64,000 bases of DNA from Candidatus Latescibacterota bacterium (GTDB lineage: Bacteria; Latescibacterota; UBA2968; UBA8231). Shown here piece by piece: positions 37,526 to 48,497 of this stretch (the stretch's first letter is position 1; each line of letters opens with the position of its first letter). Both the position numbers and the translations under genes were made by a program. The DNA is taken from assembly GCA_963422735.1 (NCBI GenBank), contig OY730476.1, forward strand, positions 2,048,001 to 2,112,000, in the 5' to 3' direction. Under the pieces are notes generated by a model. It did not search any database, was not told the origin of the DNA, and was given only the letters and a program-made list of their open reading frames with translations.

Positions 37526-38899
37526 GTGAAACCAGACCAAGACCTGAATGCCCCAAAGCTCCTTCCGGCAATCCAGCGCTTTTTAGCCCTTACTGGCGCC
37601 AAGATCCTCGATCTCGACAGCACTTGGGACCCGGATCGCGGCACCCCGGTCTTCACCCAGCAGGGGCGCTACACCACCCGCGGCTGGACCGAGTGGACCC
37701 AAGGCTTCCAATATGGCTGCGCCATACTACAGTACGACATGACCGACGACGCGCACTTTCTCGCGCTCGGCCGCGACCGCACCGTCGCGCACATGGCACC
37801 GCACGTCTCGCATGTCGGCGTCCACGACCACGGCTTCAACAACCTCTCCACCTATGGCAACTTGCGCCGCCTGATGCGCGAAGGCCGCATTCCGCACGAT
37901 CAGCGAGAACTGGACTTCTACGAGTTGGCCATCAAGCTGTCGGGTGCCGTGCAGGCCGCCCGCTGGACCGAGACCGCGTACGGCACGGGTTTTATCCACT
38001 CCTTCAACGGCCCGCATTCGCTCTTTTCCGACACCATGCGCTCGCTGCGGATCCTAGGGACCGCGCACCAGCTAGGCCACGCGCTGATGGGCGAAGGCGA
38101 CAAGCGCATCAGCCTGCTCGGCCGCCTAATCGAACACACTCAGACCAACGCCCTCTTCAACGTCTATTACGGCGAGGGGCGCGACGCGTTTGACGTGCCC
38201 GGCCGCGTGGTCCACGAATCTATCTTCAACACCCGCGACGGCCAGTACCGCTGCCCCAGCACCCAGCAAGGCTACACCCCGTTTTCAACTTGGACTCGCG
38301 GTCTGTCGTGGGTGCTTGCAGGCTACGCCGAGCAGCTAGAGTATTTCGCCGCGCTCAGCGAGGCCGAGGTCGAGCCTTTCGGCACCAAGGCCGACATCGT
38401 GCAAACCATGGAGAAAGCCGCCCTAGCCACTGCCGAATTCCACATCGCCAACAGCTTTGCCGACGGCGTACCGTTTTGGGACACCGGCGCACCCGGGGTC
38501 GCCTCCTTCGGCGCAATAACCGACAAGCCCTCCGACCCGTACAACGACATTGAGCCGCTCGACAGCTCGGCCGCGGCCGTCTGCGGCCAAGGGTATTTGC
38601 GCTTGGGCAACTACTATTTGTCCAAGGGGGACCAAGCAAGGGGGACGCGCTATCGCGCCGCGGCCTTCACTATTGCCCGCGCCCTCCTAGAGGAGCCGTA
38701 TCTCGCCGTTGATCCCCAACACCAAGGCATCACCCTCCACGCGATCTACCATCGCCCCAACGGCTGGGACTACGTGCCCCAAGGCCGCGCCATTCCGTGC
38801 GGCGAGGCGGCCATGTGGGGCGACTATCACGCAATGGAGCTGATGAGCCTGATCAAACGCGAAGCAGAAAACGCCCCTTATCCCCTCTTTTTCCAATAG
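37526..38899 (+). CDS. Unsaturated glucuronyl hydrolase-like glycoside hydrolase (GH88 family)
   Basis: WTEWTQGF, HDHGF, QQGY...STWTRG..W, P.WD, DSSAAA and MWGDYH..E. Confidence 0.8.
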   Translation: MKPDQDLNAPKLLPAIQRFLALTGAKILDLDSTWDPDRGTPVFTQQGRYTTRGWTEWTQGFQYGCAILQYDMTDDAHFLALGRDRTVAHMAPHVSHVGVHDHGFNNLSTYGNLRRLMREGRIPHDQRELDFYELAIKLSGAVQAARWTETAYGTGFIHSFNGPHSLFSDTMRSLRILGTAHQLGHALMGEGDKRISLLGRLIEHTQTNALFNVYYGEGRDAFDVPGRVVHESIFNTRDGQYRCPSTQQGYTPFSTWTRGLSWVLAGYAEQLEYFAALSEAEVEPFGTKADIVQTMEKAALATAEFHIANSFADGVPFWDTGAPGVASFGAITDKPSDPYNDIEPLDSSAAAVCGQGYLRLGNYYLSKGDQARGTRYRAAAFTIARALLEEPYLAVDPQHQGITLHAIYHRPNGWDYVPQGRAIPCGEAAMWGDYHAMELMSLIKREAENAPYPLFFQ

Positions 38900-38910
38900 C
38901 GAGACGCACC

Positions 38911-40080
38911 GTGAAAATCACCGCCATCACCCCGATCATCGCCCGCTTCGGCAGCCGCCCCCGCGTCTTGGTCAAAGTCGAGACCGACGAGGGCATCACC
39001 GGCTGGGGCGAGACCTACTCCATCGGCCCCGACCTAGCCGTCGGCCCAACCGTCGATTATTGCTTTGAGCTAATCAAGGGCATTGACCCGCGGCGGATCG
39101 AGTTCATCATGATGAAGCTGCACCAGCAGTTCCGCTTCCCGCCGGGCGGGATCGGCCTGTCGGCCATCTCCGGCATCGACCACGCGCTGTGGGACATCTC
39201 CGGCAAAGCCGCGGGCGTACCGGTCTATCAGCTCTTGGGAGGCCACGCCCGCGACCGGGTGCGCGTGTACCGCGGGATCGGCGGCCGCGACGGCAAAGAG
39301 GCCGCCGATCAAGCTCGGCGTCTGCACGAGGAATACGGCTTCACCGCTTTTAAAACCAGCCCTTATCGGCTCGACCCGGACGCCCATCGCTGGGGCCGGG
39401 TCTGCAAGGCAGCGGCCAAGTACTTTGAAGAATTGCGCGTTAGCTGTCCCGACGACTGGGAATTTGCCTTCGACCCACATGCCAAGATCTTCGAGCCGAT
39501 CCGTGCCTTGCAGCTAGCCAACGCCCTTGCGCCTTACGACCCCTTTTTCTACGAAGAGCCTATGCGCCCCGAGCACATTCCGGCGTGGACCAGCCTCAAG
39601 TCGCAGATGCAGGTGCCGTTGGCCACCGGCGAGAGCCTCTACGCCCGCTTCGAGTTCCTCGATCTAATCGCCAACCAAGGTGCCGACATCATCCAGCCCG
39701 ACATCTGCGTCTGCGGCGGCTTGCTCGAAATGCGCAAGATCAACGCCCTTGCCGAAGCCCACTACATCAGCATCGCTCCGCACAACCCCATGGGGCCGTT
39801 GGCGACTGCCGTCAACCTGCACTTCTGCGCCTCGGTGCCGAACTTCAAAATTCTCGAATACCTCCTGCCGACCGCCTTCACCGCGCCTTCAGGCGCCACA
39901 TCCGAGTGGAACGACTGGGTTGATGACCCCTATCTGCCCAAAGACGGCTATCTCGAATTGCGGCCGGACCGGCCGGGGCTAGGCGTCGAGATCAACGAAG
40001 AAGCCATCACCGACAACGAATACATCCATTGGGAACGTTCCAGCCCAACGCGCCCCGACGGCTCGACCGGGTACATCTAA
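38911..40080 (+). CDS. Mandelate racemase/muconate lactonizing enzyme family (galactonate dehydratase-like)
   Basis: KVETDEGITGWGE, ALWDISGK..GVPVYQLLGG, D.H, EEP, ATGE, QPD, APHNP and PGLG.E. Confidence 0.9.
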   Translation: MKITAITPIIARFGSRPRVLVKVETDEGITGWGETYSIGPDLAVGPTVDYCFELIKGIDPRRIEFIMMKLHQQFRFPPGGIGLSAISGIDHALWDISGKAAGVPVYQLLGGHARDRVRVYRGIGGRDGKEAADQARRLHEEYGFTAFKTSPYRLDPDAHRWGRVCKAAAKYFEELRVSCPDDWEFAFDPHAKIFEPIRALQLANALAPYDPFFYEEPMRPEHIPAWTSLKSQMQVPLATGESLYARFEFLDLIANQGADIIQPDICVCGGLLEMRKINALAEAHYISIAPHNPMGPLATAVNLHFCASVPNFKILEYLLPTAFTAPSGATSEWNDWVDDPYLPKDGYLELRPDRPGLGVEINEEAITDNEYIHWERSSPTRPDGSTGYI

Positions 40081-40619
40081 TGCTCAGCCGCGACCACACC
40101 GCCCTCGTCCTCATCGACATTCAGGGCAAGCTGGCCTCGCTGATGCACGAGCGCGAGGCGCTCTATTGCCAGCTACAGATTCTCGTCAAGGGTGCGCAGG
40201 TCTTAGGGTTACCCATTCTATGGCTAGAGCAATATCCCAAAGGGCTTGGCCCCACCATTTTTGAGGTCGCCGACCTGCTCTCCGGCCAAAAGCCACTGGT
40301 CAAGACCTGCTTTAGTGCCTGTGGCCTCAGCACTTTCCAAACCCAACTGTACCAGAGCGGCCGCCGCCAGATTCTCTTGGCCGGGATCGAAAGCCACATT
40401 TGCGTCTATCAGACTGCCCGCGATTTGCTGGACTCAGGCTACCAAGTCGAAGTCGTCGCCGATGCTGTCTCCTCGCGCACCGCCGGAAACAAGGAGCTGG
40501 GGCTGCAAAAAATGGCGTCCGCGGGCGCACAGATCACGGCGGTGGAAATGTGTCTATTTGAATTGCTACAAGCGGCGGGGACGGCGGAGTTCAAGCAAAT
40601 TGCCGCATTGGTCAAGTGA
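40080..40619 (+). CDS. Isochorismatase family cysteine hydrolase
   Basis: LIDIQ, EQYP.GLG.T, K..FS, GIESHICVYQT and DAVSSR. Confidence 0.92.
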   Translation: MLSRDHTALVLIDIQGKLASLMHEREALYCQLQILVKGAQVLGLPILWLEQYPKGLGPTIFEVADLLSGQKPLVKTCFSACGLSTFQTQLYQSGRRQILLAGIESHICVYQTARDLLDSGYQVEVVADAVSSRTAGNKELGLQKMASAGAQITAVEMCLFELLQAAGTAEFKQIAALVK

Positions 40620-40782
40620 GGAGTGTTGTTGCCTTTTAGGAACAGCGTCGTTTCTACGAGGTAACAGCACGGCGCATACAGCACATGATGCTACCAGAAG
40701 GAACGGGCGGCTGCCCAAGCATGGCCCGCTTTTTGCATGTAGGGGCCGTCGGTTACATTTATCTGTGGAAGAGGAACTTCTC

Positions 40783-41067
40783 ATGGCCGAGCAATCACCC
40801 AATCCCGTCCAGCCTACGGAATCTACCCTCGCTCTCAGCTTCCTGCGCGAGGATATTCAAGATCTCCGCCAAGATGTGCGCCAAGTATATGGGCGCATCG
40901 ACGGCCTGCGTACCGAGATGGGCGAGTGCCTCAACCAGACTAACGAGCGCATCGACGACTTAGCCAAACAACTCGATTCGCGCTACGCACGGCTGATGGC
41001 CATGCTCATCGCCTGCACCAGTATCCTCGTCACAGCCATCGGGGCGGCCGTCGCCGTACTCAAATGA
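40783..41067 (+). CDS. Small coiled-coil protein with a C-terminal transmembrane helix (hypothetical)
   Basis: GAGGA RBS; heptad-like LREDIQDLRQDVRQ...RIDDL followed by a hydrophobic tail. Confidence 0.6.
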   Translation: MAEQSPNPVQPTESTLALSFLREDIQDLRQDVRQVYGRIDGLRTEMGECLNQTNERIDDLAKQLDSRYARLMAMLIACTSILVTAIGAAVAVLK

Positions 41068-41071
41068 CGCT

Positions 41072-42313
41072 CTAAGTTCGTCCCGGGAACCGCTCCCGGT
41101 ACTCTCGATCAAATTCTTCGCTGCCATCGTCGAGCCGCACCTCTAGCTGCATCCCCGGTAAGAAGCCCGTCCGCTGGCCAGCGGTGAAATCGCCGCGGTA
41201 ACTGCCGTCAGCGGCCCAGAGAACCCGGCCATCGGGCCAACGTACGGCGTGTATTTGGCGCACTGGCACCTTTGCAAAATCTGGCTCGACGCGCAGCCGC
41301 TCCACGGCCTCCCGATCCAACTCGACTCCCAAGCCTATAGCCTCCGGCACTCGCAGATGCCCACCTTCCACGACAAATTCCTGCACCAAAACATGCGAAT
41401 AGATGTTGACACAGGGAATCGCCGGCCAGCGCGCTTCCTTTAGCACCGCCCCCAAGTGCGCCGCAAAGGTCGCCGTCAGGCCAGTGCCCACCATCTGCAA
41501 CCAGAACGGCATATGCGCTCGCTCGGCTAAGTTGCCGTCGCTCAAGACGCGGCTTACCCCACCGCCGATGACGAACCCGTCGCACACGCCCTCGCGGATC
41601 GCCGTCATGGGCGGCGGCTGGCCTATATGCATGGCGATTGGGCATTGGATCTTGCGCCGCAGGAGCTTGTTGCCCTCCACGTCGTCCTGCGGAATCGGCG
41701 ACTCGACTATGGCGAGACAGGCATTGTCTCGCTCCAAGCGCACAATGAGCGGGGCGGCTTGGTCAACTCCCAGCAACATGGTGTTGAAGTCGGCGTCCAG
41801 TTTGAAGTGCTGAGAAGTGGCCTCATCCACGGCTTGTAACTGCGCCGCAATATCGTACCAAGGCCGCGCCTTGACCTTCATGGTGGTAAAGCCATGCGCC
41901 TCGGCCGCACGCGCCTCGGCCGCCCACGCTGCGGGCGGCATGCTTTGCGCCCACCAAGAGACTGGACAGGCGTCTCGGTGCTGCGGCCCCATCAGCCGGT
42001 GGCAGGGTACGCCTACGTGCTTGCCGGCCGCGTCGAAAAGCGCCATCTGCAAGCCGGCCCCTAGCGAATCGTCCCACAGCACCTCGAAAACATTCCGGCC
42101 TCGCACGCGGGCAAACTCCGCTTCGCGCGAGTGGCCCCACGTATATCCCTGAATCGTCTCGCCGATGCCGACAACGCCGCCCTCGGTCTCTACTTCGATC
42201 AGCTCGACTATAGACCAACCCGGCCCGTAGATTTCCATGGTGTCGACGCAGCGCTCGTGGAAAGGCACGTGTAGCACGGTGCTCACGATATCTTTAACAG
42301 CACAAGAACTCAT
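41072..42313 (-). CDS. Enolase-superfamily (mandelate racemase/MLE) enzyme
   Basis: G.GET, MALFD..GK..GVP.H.L.G, KVKARPW, DFN, ESP and P...GLG.ELD. Confidence 0.85.
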   Translation of the reverse strand: MSSCAVKDIVSTVLHVPFHERCVDTMEIYGPGWSIVELIEVETEGGVVGIGETIQGYTWGHSREAEFARVRGRNVFEVLWDDSLGAGLQMALFDAAGKHVGVPCHRLMGPQHRDACPVSWWAQSMPPAAWAAEARAAEAHGFTTMKVKARPWYDIAAQLQAVDEATSQHFKLDADFNTMLLGVDQAAPLIVRLERDNACLAIVESPIPQDDVEGNKLLRRKIQCPIAMHIGQPPPMTAIREGVCDGFVIGGGVSRVLSDGNLAERAHMPFWLQMVGTGLTATFAAHLGAVLKEARWPAIPCVNIYSHVLVQEFVVEGGHLRVPEAIGLGVELDREAVERLRVEPDFAKVPVRQIHAVRWPDGRVLWAADGSYRGDFTAGQRTGFLPGMQLEVRLDDGSEEFDREYRERFPGRT

Positions 42314-42331
42314 CGCATCCTCTCACAGGAT

Positions 42332-45007
42332 CTACTCGGCCATCCGCCTGAGTACCGCATGCAGGATCCCCCCGTTGCGGTAGTAGTTGATTTCCACCGG
42401 GGTGTCCATCCGGCATACTACCGCAAAGCGTTTCTCGTCCGCAGCGCTCTTGGCCACCACCTCCAGCACCTGCCCCGGCTGTAGGTCGTCGTCGAGGCCC
42501 TCGACATCGTATATCTCCTCGCCGGTCAGCCCCAGCCCGTGGCGGTCTTCGCCTGAAGAAAATTGCAGCGGCAAAATGCCCATCCCAATCAGGTTCGAGC
42601 GGTGGATGCGCTCGTAGCTCTCGGCGATTGCGGCCTTGACGCCTTGCAGGAATGGGCCTTTGGCTGCCCAGTCGCGGCTCGAACCCGATCCGTACTCCTT
42701 GCCCGCGATAATTAGCGAAGGCACACCTTCTTCTATGTAGCGCATCGCCGCATCGTATATGGTCATCTGCTCGCCCGAAGGCAGATGGCGCGTATAGCCC
42801 CCCTCGACGCCGGACACCAGCTCGTTGCGGATGCGGATATTGGCAAACGTCCCCCGCATCATCACCTCGTGGTTGCCGCGCCTAGAGCCATAGCTGTTCC
42901 AATCCTTGCGCTCAACGCCGCGGCTGGCGAGATACTCGCCCCCCGGGCTGCCTACGGCGATTGCGCCAGCCGGCGAGATGTGGTCGGTCGTCACGCTGTC
43001 GCCGAGCTTGGCCAAGACGCGTGCGCCTTGAATCGGCTGGATCGGCTGGATCTCCTTGGTGAGGCCGTCGAAGAAATTCGGTTTGCGAATATACGTGCTC
43101 TCCTCAGCCCAAGCGTAGCGCGTGCCCGCGGGCACGGGAATGGCGTTCCAAGTCTCGTTTTGACGGAACGCATTGCCGTATTCTTCCTCGAACATCTTCG
43201 GCGTCAGCGAGCGGGCAATCGCGTCGCGGATCTGCTCCTGCGAGGGCCAGATGTCGCGCAGGAACACCTCGCGGCCCGCTGGGTCTTGGCCAAGCGGCTC
43301 GCGCTCAAAGTCGATCGTCGCCCGGCCCGCGAGTGCGTAGGCCACGACTAAAGGCGGCGAGGCGAGGAAATTGGCCTTCGTCACCGCGTGTACCCGTCCC
43401 TCGAAATTGCGGTTGCCGCTGAGCACGCTACACACCACCAAGTCGTTGTCGGCCACGGCTGTGGAGATTTCTTCGGGCAGGGGACCCGAGTTGCCGATGC
43501 AGGTCGTACAACCGTAGCCGACCGTGTGGAAGCCGAGGGCCTCTAGGCTCTCGGTGAGGTCGGCCGCGTCTAGGTAGCGGGAGACGACCCGGCTGCCCGG
43601 TGCCAAGCTGGTCTTGACGTAGGCTGGGACCGAGAGACCCCGCTCGGCCGCGTTGCGTGCCAACAGTCCCGCCCCTACCATCGCGCTCGGGTTGCTGGTA
43701 TTCGTGCAGGAGGTAATGGCGGCGATAAGCACGGCGCCGTGGTCCAGCTCAACCGCACCCTGCTCGCCCAATTCGACGGCGACCTTTTTGCCGCGGTCCT
43801 CCACCTCAAAGCGGTCTGTCAGCGAGGTGGCGAAGGCGGCCGGCACATCCTTGAGCGCGACCCGATCCTGCGGCCGCGTCGGGCCGGCCACGCTCGGCTC
43901 GACCGTACCCATATCCAACGCCAAATGCTCGCTGAAGACGGGATCAGGGGCTTCGGCATGATAGAGCATGCCCTGCGCTTCCATGTAGGCGCGGACCCGC
44001 TCGACTACCGCCTTCTTGCGTCCGGTGAGCACCAAGTACGCAAGCGTCTCCTCGTCAATCGGAAAAATGCCCATCGTCGCTCCGTATTCCGGGGCCATAT
44101 TGGCGAGGGTCGCCCGGTCGGCCAAGCTCAGCTCGCTCACGCCCGGGCCGTAAAATTCGACGAATTTGCCAACTACGCCGTGAGCGCGGAGCATCTGCAC
44201 CACTGTCAGCACCAAGTCCGTAGCCGTCGTCCCGGTGGGCAATGCGCCCGTCAGTTTGACGCCGACCACTTGCGGCAAAAGCATGTAGATCGGCTGTCCC
44301 AACATCACGGCCTCGGCCTCGATGCCGCCCACGCCCCAGCCGAGGACGCCGAGGCCGTTGATCATCGTCGTGTGGCTGTCCGTGCCCACTAGGCTGTCGG
44401 GATAGAATTCTCCGTCCTGCTCCTGCACCACCTGCGCTAGGTATTCTAAGTTGACCTGATGCACGATGCCGGTGGCCGGCGGCACCACGCGAAAATTGTC
44501 GAAGGACTCCTGACCCCAGCGCAAAAACTCGTAGCGCTCGCGGTTGCGCTCGAATTCGCGCGCGGCGTTCATGGCCAGAGCCTCGCGTATGCCGTAGTAA
44601 TCGACCTGTACCGAATGATCGATGACCAAGTCAACCGGAATCAGGGGATTCACCTTCTCTGGGTCGCCGCCCAAATCGGCCACCGTGTCGCGCATCACGG
44701 CCAGATCGACTACGGCGGGTACGCCGGTAAAATCCTGCATCACCACCCGCGCCGGCTTGAAGGGAATCTCTTCCTTGCCCGCGGTCTCGGGACTCCAGCG
44801 CGCGATGCGCTCGACGTCTTCGCGGGTAATCTCAAACCCGTCGCACTGCCTGAGCGCAGCCTCTAGCAGAATTTTGATCGAATAGGGCAACCGGCTCACC
44901 TCGGCTATGCCGTTTTCTTCTAGCTTTTGAATGCGGTACAGGACGCCGTTACCACCGCTGCATTCGAGCCGGGTGCGCACACCGAATTCGTCGTTGTTTG
45001 TAGTCAT
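42332..45007 (-). CDS. acnA: Aconitate hydratase AcnA
   Basis: [48 protein letters not shown] and [10 protein letters not shown]. Confidence 0.97.
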   Translation of the reverse strand: MTTNNDEFGVRTRLECSGGNGVLYRIQKLEENGIAEVSRLPYSIKILLEAALRQCDGFEITREDVERIARWSPETAGKEEIPFKPARVVMQDFTGVPAVVDLAVMRDTVADLGGDPEKVNPLIPVDLVIDHSVQVDYYGIREALAMNAAREFERNRERYEFLRWGQESFDNFRVVPPATGIVHQVNLEYLAQVVQEQDGEFYPDSLVGTDSHTTMINGLGVLGWGVGGIEAEAVMLGQPIYMLLPQVVGVKLTGALPTGTTATDLVLTVVQMLRAHGVVGKFVEFYGPGVSELSLADRATLANMAPEYGATMGIFPIDEETLAYLVLTGRKKAVVERVRAYMEAQGMLYHAEAPDPVFSEHLALDMGTVEPSVAGPTRPQDRVALKDVPAAFATSLTDRFEVEDRGKKVAVELGEQGAVELDHGAVLIAAITSCTNTSNPSAMVGAGLLARNAAERGLSVPAYVKTSLAPGSRVVSRYLDAADLTESLEALGFHTVGYGCTTCIGNSGPLPEEISTAVADNDLVVCSVLSGNRNFEGRVHAVTKANFLASPPLVVAYALAGRATIDFEREPLGQDPAGREVFLRDIWPSQEQIRDAIARSLTPKMFEEEYGNAFRQNETWNAIPVPAGTRYAWAEESTYIRKPNFFDGLTKEIQPIQPIQGARVLAKLGDSVTTDHISPAGAIAVGSPGGEYLASRGVERKDWNSYGSRRGNHEVMMRGTFANIRIRNELVSGVEGGYTRHLPSGEQMTIYDAAMRYIEEGVPSLIIAGKEYGSGSSRDWAAKGPFLQGVKAAIAESYERIHRSNLIGMGILPLQFSSGEDRHGLGLTGEEIYDVEGLDDDLQPGQVLEVVAKSAADEKRFAVVCRMDTPVEINYYRNGGILHAVLRRMAE

Positions 45008-45096
45008 GGAAGCCTTTCGGGGGTGGGGATGTTTTAGAAGTTTGACTTTAATATATTCAAGACCAACCACACCTTCCACCTCCCGCCTAGGCTGCC

Positions 45097-46902
45097 ATGC
45101 ACAACCTGCGCCAATTCCTCGACCTTCTGCGCCGCGAAGGCGAGCTTGTCACCGTTGACGCTCCGGTCTCCTCTGAGCTCGAAATCGCCGAGATTCATCG
45201 CCGCGTCCTTGCCGCCGCTGGTCCGGCCCTGTTCTTTACCCGCGTCGAGGATGCGGACTTTCCTTGCGTCACCAATCTTTTTGGCACCGCACGGCGCGTC
45301 GATCTGGCCTTTGGCCCGAGGCCGGAGCAGTTTATTCAGCAGCTAGTGCAACTAGCCCAAGACCTGCCCTCGCTCTCACCGGGCAAGCTCTGGCCGCACA
45401 AAAACCTGATCCCCGCCGCGCTCAAGGTCGGGCTAAAGACTATCGGCAAAGGCCCCATCGGCGAATGCGTGCAGTCGCCGCCCGACCTTGCGCGCCTGCC
45501 CCTGCTCAAAACTTGGCCCGAGGACGGTGGACACTTCATCACCCTGCCGCTAGTCTATACCGAACACCCCGATACCGGCCACCACAACCTCGGCATGTAT
45601 CGCATCCAGCGCCACGACTCCCAGACCTTAGGCGTACACTGGCAAATCCAGAAAGGCGGCGGCTTCCACTACCACGTCGCCGAACAGCGGGGCGAAGACC
45701 TGCCACTGGTCGTATTTGTCGGCGGACCGCCGGCACTGATCTTAGCGGCAATCGCGCCTTTGCCCGAGGATTTGCCCGAACTGATTTTGGCCTCTCTGTT
45801 GCAGGGCGAGCGCCTGCGCCGCGTACAAAACCCCACGCTGCCCCTGATCGCCGAAGCCGAATTCGCTATTGAAGGCGTGGTGCCACCCCACGTGCGCCAG
45901 CCCGAAGGGCCTTTCGGCGATCACTACGGCTATTACTCGCTGCAGCACGCCTACCCAGTGCTCCAAGCCAAGCACCTCTACCACCGCAAAGACGCCATCT
46001 TCCCGGCCACCGTAGTCGGCAAGCCGCCGCAGGAGGACCTGTTCCTCGGCACCTACATCCAGCAGCTAATGACGCCCTTGAGCAAGCTGGTAATGCCCGC
46101 GATCAAGGCCATGTGGAGCTACGGCGAGACCGGCTATCACTCGCTGGCAGCCATCGTCGTCGAGGAGCGCTACCCACGCGAGGCCATGAAATTTGCCTTC
46201 CGCATCTTGGGCGAGGACGGCGGCCAGCTCAACCTCACCAAGTTTTTGGTCGTAATAGATAGCCCCTTGGACTTGGGCGACTTCCGGCAGGTGCTCGCGT
46301 ATGCCCTAGCGCGGGCGCGGCTCGCAACCGACCTGTTCGTCATCGCCAATCTCGCCATGGATACCCTCGACTACACGGGACCGGCCGTAAACCAAGGCAG
46401 CAAAGGGATCCTCCTAGGCGTGGGCGATCCAGTCGGCGAATTGCCCGGGGAATTCAGCGGCGATCTGCCCGGCGGGGCCCGCGCCCTTGCGGTCTATTGC
46501 CCCGGTGCCCTCGCGGTCCAAGGCCCGACGTACGAGGAAGATCCCGGCTACGCCCAACACCTCGCCAAGGATCGGGCCGTCGCAGCTTGGCCGCTGATAT
46601 TTTTGGTTGACGACGCCGATGCGGCTGCCAAGAACATCACCTTTCTCTGGAGCACCTTCACCCGCTTTGAGCCGGCTGCCGACACGTATGCCGCCGCCAT
46701 CGAACTCCGTCGCCACCACCCCTGCTATACGCCGCCGATCGTCTTGGATTGCCGCATGAAACCCGGGTATCCAGACGAGCTGATAACGGACGAAGAAACG
46801 GCGCGAAAGGTCAGCCGGCGCTGGCGGGAGTACTTTCCCCAAGGCGGCGTAGAAGGCGCAGAAGACCGCCTTGGCTACGCCGGATTTTCCCTGTTGGATT
46901 AA
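45097..46902 (+). CDS. UbiD family prFMN-dependent decarboxylase (menaquinone-pathway MqnL-like)
   Basis: [40 protein letters not shown] and DTLDY.GP..N.GSK. Confidence 0.9.
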   Translation: MHNLRQFLDLLRREGELVTVDAPVSSELEIAEIHRRVLAAAGPALFFTRVEDADFPCVTNLFGTARRVDLAFGPRPEQFIQQLVQLAQDLPSLSPGKLWPHKNLIPAALKVGLKTIGKGPIGECVQSPPDLARLPLLKTWPEDGGHFITLPLVYTEHPDTGHHNLGMYRIQRHDSQTLGVHWQIQKGGGFHYHVAEQRGEDLPLVVFVGGPPALILAAIAPLPEDLPELILASLLQGERLRRVQNPTLPLIAEAEFAIEGVVPPHVRQPEGPFGDHYGYYSLQHAYPVLQAKHLYHRKDAIFPATVVGKPPQEDLFLGTYIQQLMTPLSKLVMPAIKAMWSYGETGYHSLAAIVVEERYPREAMKFAFRILGEDGGQLNLTKFLVVIDSPLDLGDFRQVLAYALARARLATDLFVIANLAMDTLDYTGPAVNQGSKGILLGVGDPVGELPGEFSGDLPGGARALAVYCPGALAVQGPTYEEDPGYAQHLAKDRAVAAWPLIFLVDDADAAAKNITFLWSTFTRFEPAADTYAAAIELRRHHPCYTPPIVLDCRMKPGYPDELITDEETARKVSRRWREYFPQGGVEGAEDRLGYAGFSLLD

Positions 46903-46922
46903 TCTTGAGCAGAGGTCGCCTC

Positions 46923-48335
46923 ATGGATGATGCCCTGGCATTTGCCCCCATCGCCGAACTCGCCACTCTGATCCGCCGCGGCGAACTCTCCCCGCTCGAA
47001 CTCACCGAACTCTATCTAGAGCGCATCGAGCACTACAATCCAGCACTCAACGCCTATCTCGCTGTCACGTCCGAGCGGGCGTGCGCCCAAGCCCGCGCTG
47101 CCGAAGCCCAAATCGCGGCTGGTACCTATCTCGGTCCCTTGCACGGTATTCCCCTCGCCTTTAAGGATCTCGTGGATGTCGCGGACCTGCCTACCACCGG
47201 CGGCTCGACGCTATTGCGCGACAACATCGCCACAGCCGACGCCGCGGTTGCCCGCCGCCTCTTTGCCGCGGGCGTCGTGCTCTTGGGTAAGACCCATCTT
47301 GTGGAATTTGCTTTTGGCGGCACCGGCGTCAACCATCACTACGGGACCCCGGTCAACCCTTGGGATCCCAAAGTCCACCGCTTGCCAGGCGGGTCGTCTT
47401 CTGGCTCGGGTGTGGCCGTGGCGGCTGGATTGGCACCGGCCGCCCTCGGCTCGGACACCGGCGGCTCGGTGCGGATTCCCGCATCCTTTTGCGGCCTTAC
47501 CGGCCTCAAGCCCACCTTTGGCTTGCTCCCCAACACCGGCGTCTTGCCCCTCGACCCCACCCTCGACAGCATCGGGCCTTTGTGCCGCACGGCGCAAGAT
47601 TGCGCCCTGTTATTCCAAGCCATGGCGAATCCGGCTCTCTGCGACCTGCCCGGTGATTCGCTTTTGGATCGTTTGGAAGGCGAAGTCGCCGGCCTCCGGC
47701 TCTGCTTTCCACGCGAGTATTTCTGGGCCGAGGTCGATGCGGAGGTTGAAGCGGCGGTGCGCGCCTCGGCGCGTGTTTTTGCCGACCTCGGCGTCTATGT
47801 CGATGAAATATCGCTTGAGGTGCTCGACGATCTAGCCCAATGGCGCAGCGGGCCTAGCACCACGGCCGTCGAAGCCTATCTCTATCACCGGCGCAACCTC
47901 GAAGCGCATCTCGATCAGTTCGACCCCATTGTTTCGGCGCGCATGCTCGACGGCCGCGACACCCTCGCTGTGGACTTTCTCCGGCAGCTTAGAGCACGCG
48001 ACGAGCTGCGCTACAAAGCCCGCACGACCCTCGAAAACGTCGATTTTCTCATCACCCCAACCACCCCTTTTGCCGCCCCGATTCTCGACGAGATCGACCG
48101 CGACGATGTCTATTTCTCCATCAATGGCCTCTGCCTGCGCAACACCATCGCCGTCAATCTCCTCGGCCTGTGCGCCGTCTCCCTACCCTGCGGGTTCACG
48201 CACGACGGTTTGCCTATTGGCTTACAGCTCATCGGCCACCCCCGAGACGAGGCGCGGCTGCTGCGTCTCGCCCGCGCCTTTGAGCAAGCCACCGACTACA
48301 ATCTCCTCACGCCCGCGCTCGACGCCTTCGCCTAG
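46923..48335 (+). CDS. Amidase-signature family enzyme (GatA/AtzE-like)
   Basis: GPLHGIP..FKD, GGSSSGS, GSDTGGSVRIPA..CG..G.KPT and GLPIGLQL. Confidence 0.92.
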   Translation: MDDALAFAPIAELATLIRRGELSPLELTELYLERIEHYNPALNAYLAVTSERACAQARAAEAQIAAGTYLGPLHGIPLAFKDLVDVADLPTTGGSTLLRDNIATADAAVARRLFAAGVVLLGKTHLVEFAFGGTGVNHHYGTPVNPWDPKVHRLPGGSSSGSGVAVAAGLAPAALGSDTGGSVRIPASFCGLTGLKPTFGLLPNTGVLPLDPTLDSIGPLCRTAQDCALLFQAMANPALCDLPGDSLLDRLEGEVAGLRLCFPREYFWAEVDAEVEAAVRASARVFADLGVYVDEISLEVLDDLAQWRSGPSTTAVEAYLYHRRNLEAHLDQFDPIVSARMLDGRDTLAVDFLRQLRARDELRYKARTTLENVDFLITPTTPFAAPILDEIDRDDVYFSINGLCLRNTIAVNLLGLCAVSLPCGFTHDGLPIGLQLIGHPRDEARLLRLARAFEQATDYNLLTPALDAFA

Positions 48336-48354
48336 CAAGGTGCGGCCGGATGGC

Positions 48355-48383
48355 TTGCCAATATGCGGGGCTAGGTCTATATT
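48355..48383 (+). promoter_or_regulatory. Putative sigma70 promoter for tRNA-Glu
   Basis: TTGCCA-17nt-TATATT, 13 nt upstream of the tRNA. Confidence 0.65.
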
Positions 48384-48396
48384 TTTTGCCCTACGT

Positions 48397-48471
48397 GCTC
48401 CCATCGTCTAGCGGTTAGGACCCAGGGTTTTCAACCCTGTAACCGGAGTTCGAGTCTCCGTGGGAGCACCA
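48397..48471 (+). tRNA. tRNA-Glu (anticodon TTC)
   Basis: GCTCCCA acceptor pairs with TGGGAGC; anticodon arm CAGGG-TTTTCAA-CCCTG; T-loop GTTCGAG; encoded CCA. Confidence 0.97.
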
Positions 48472-48497
48472 TTTTTATGTACGCTGAGGAGGCACTT

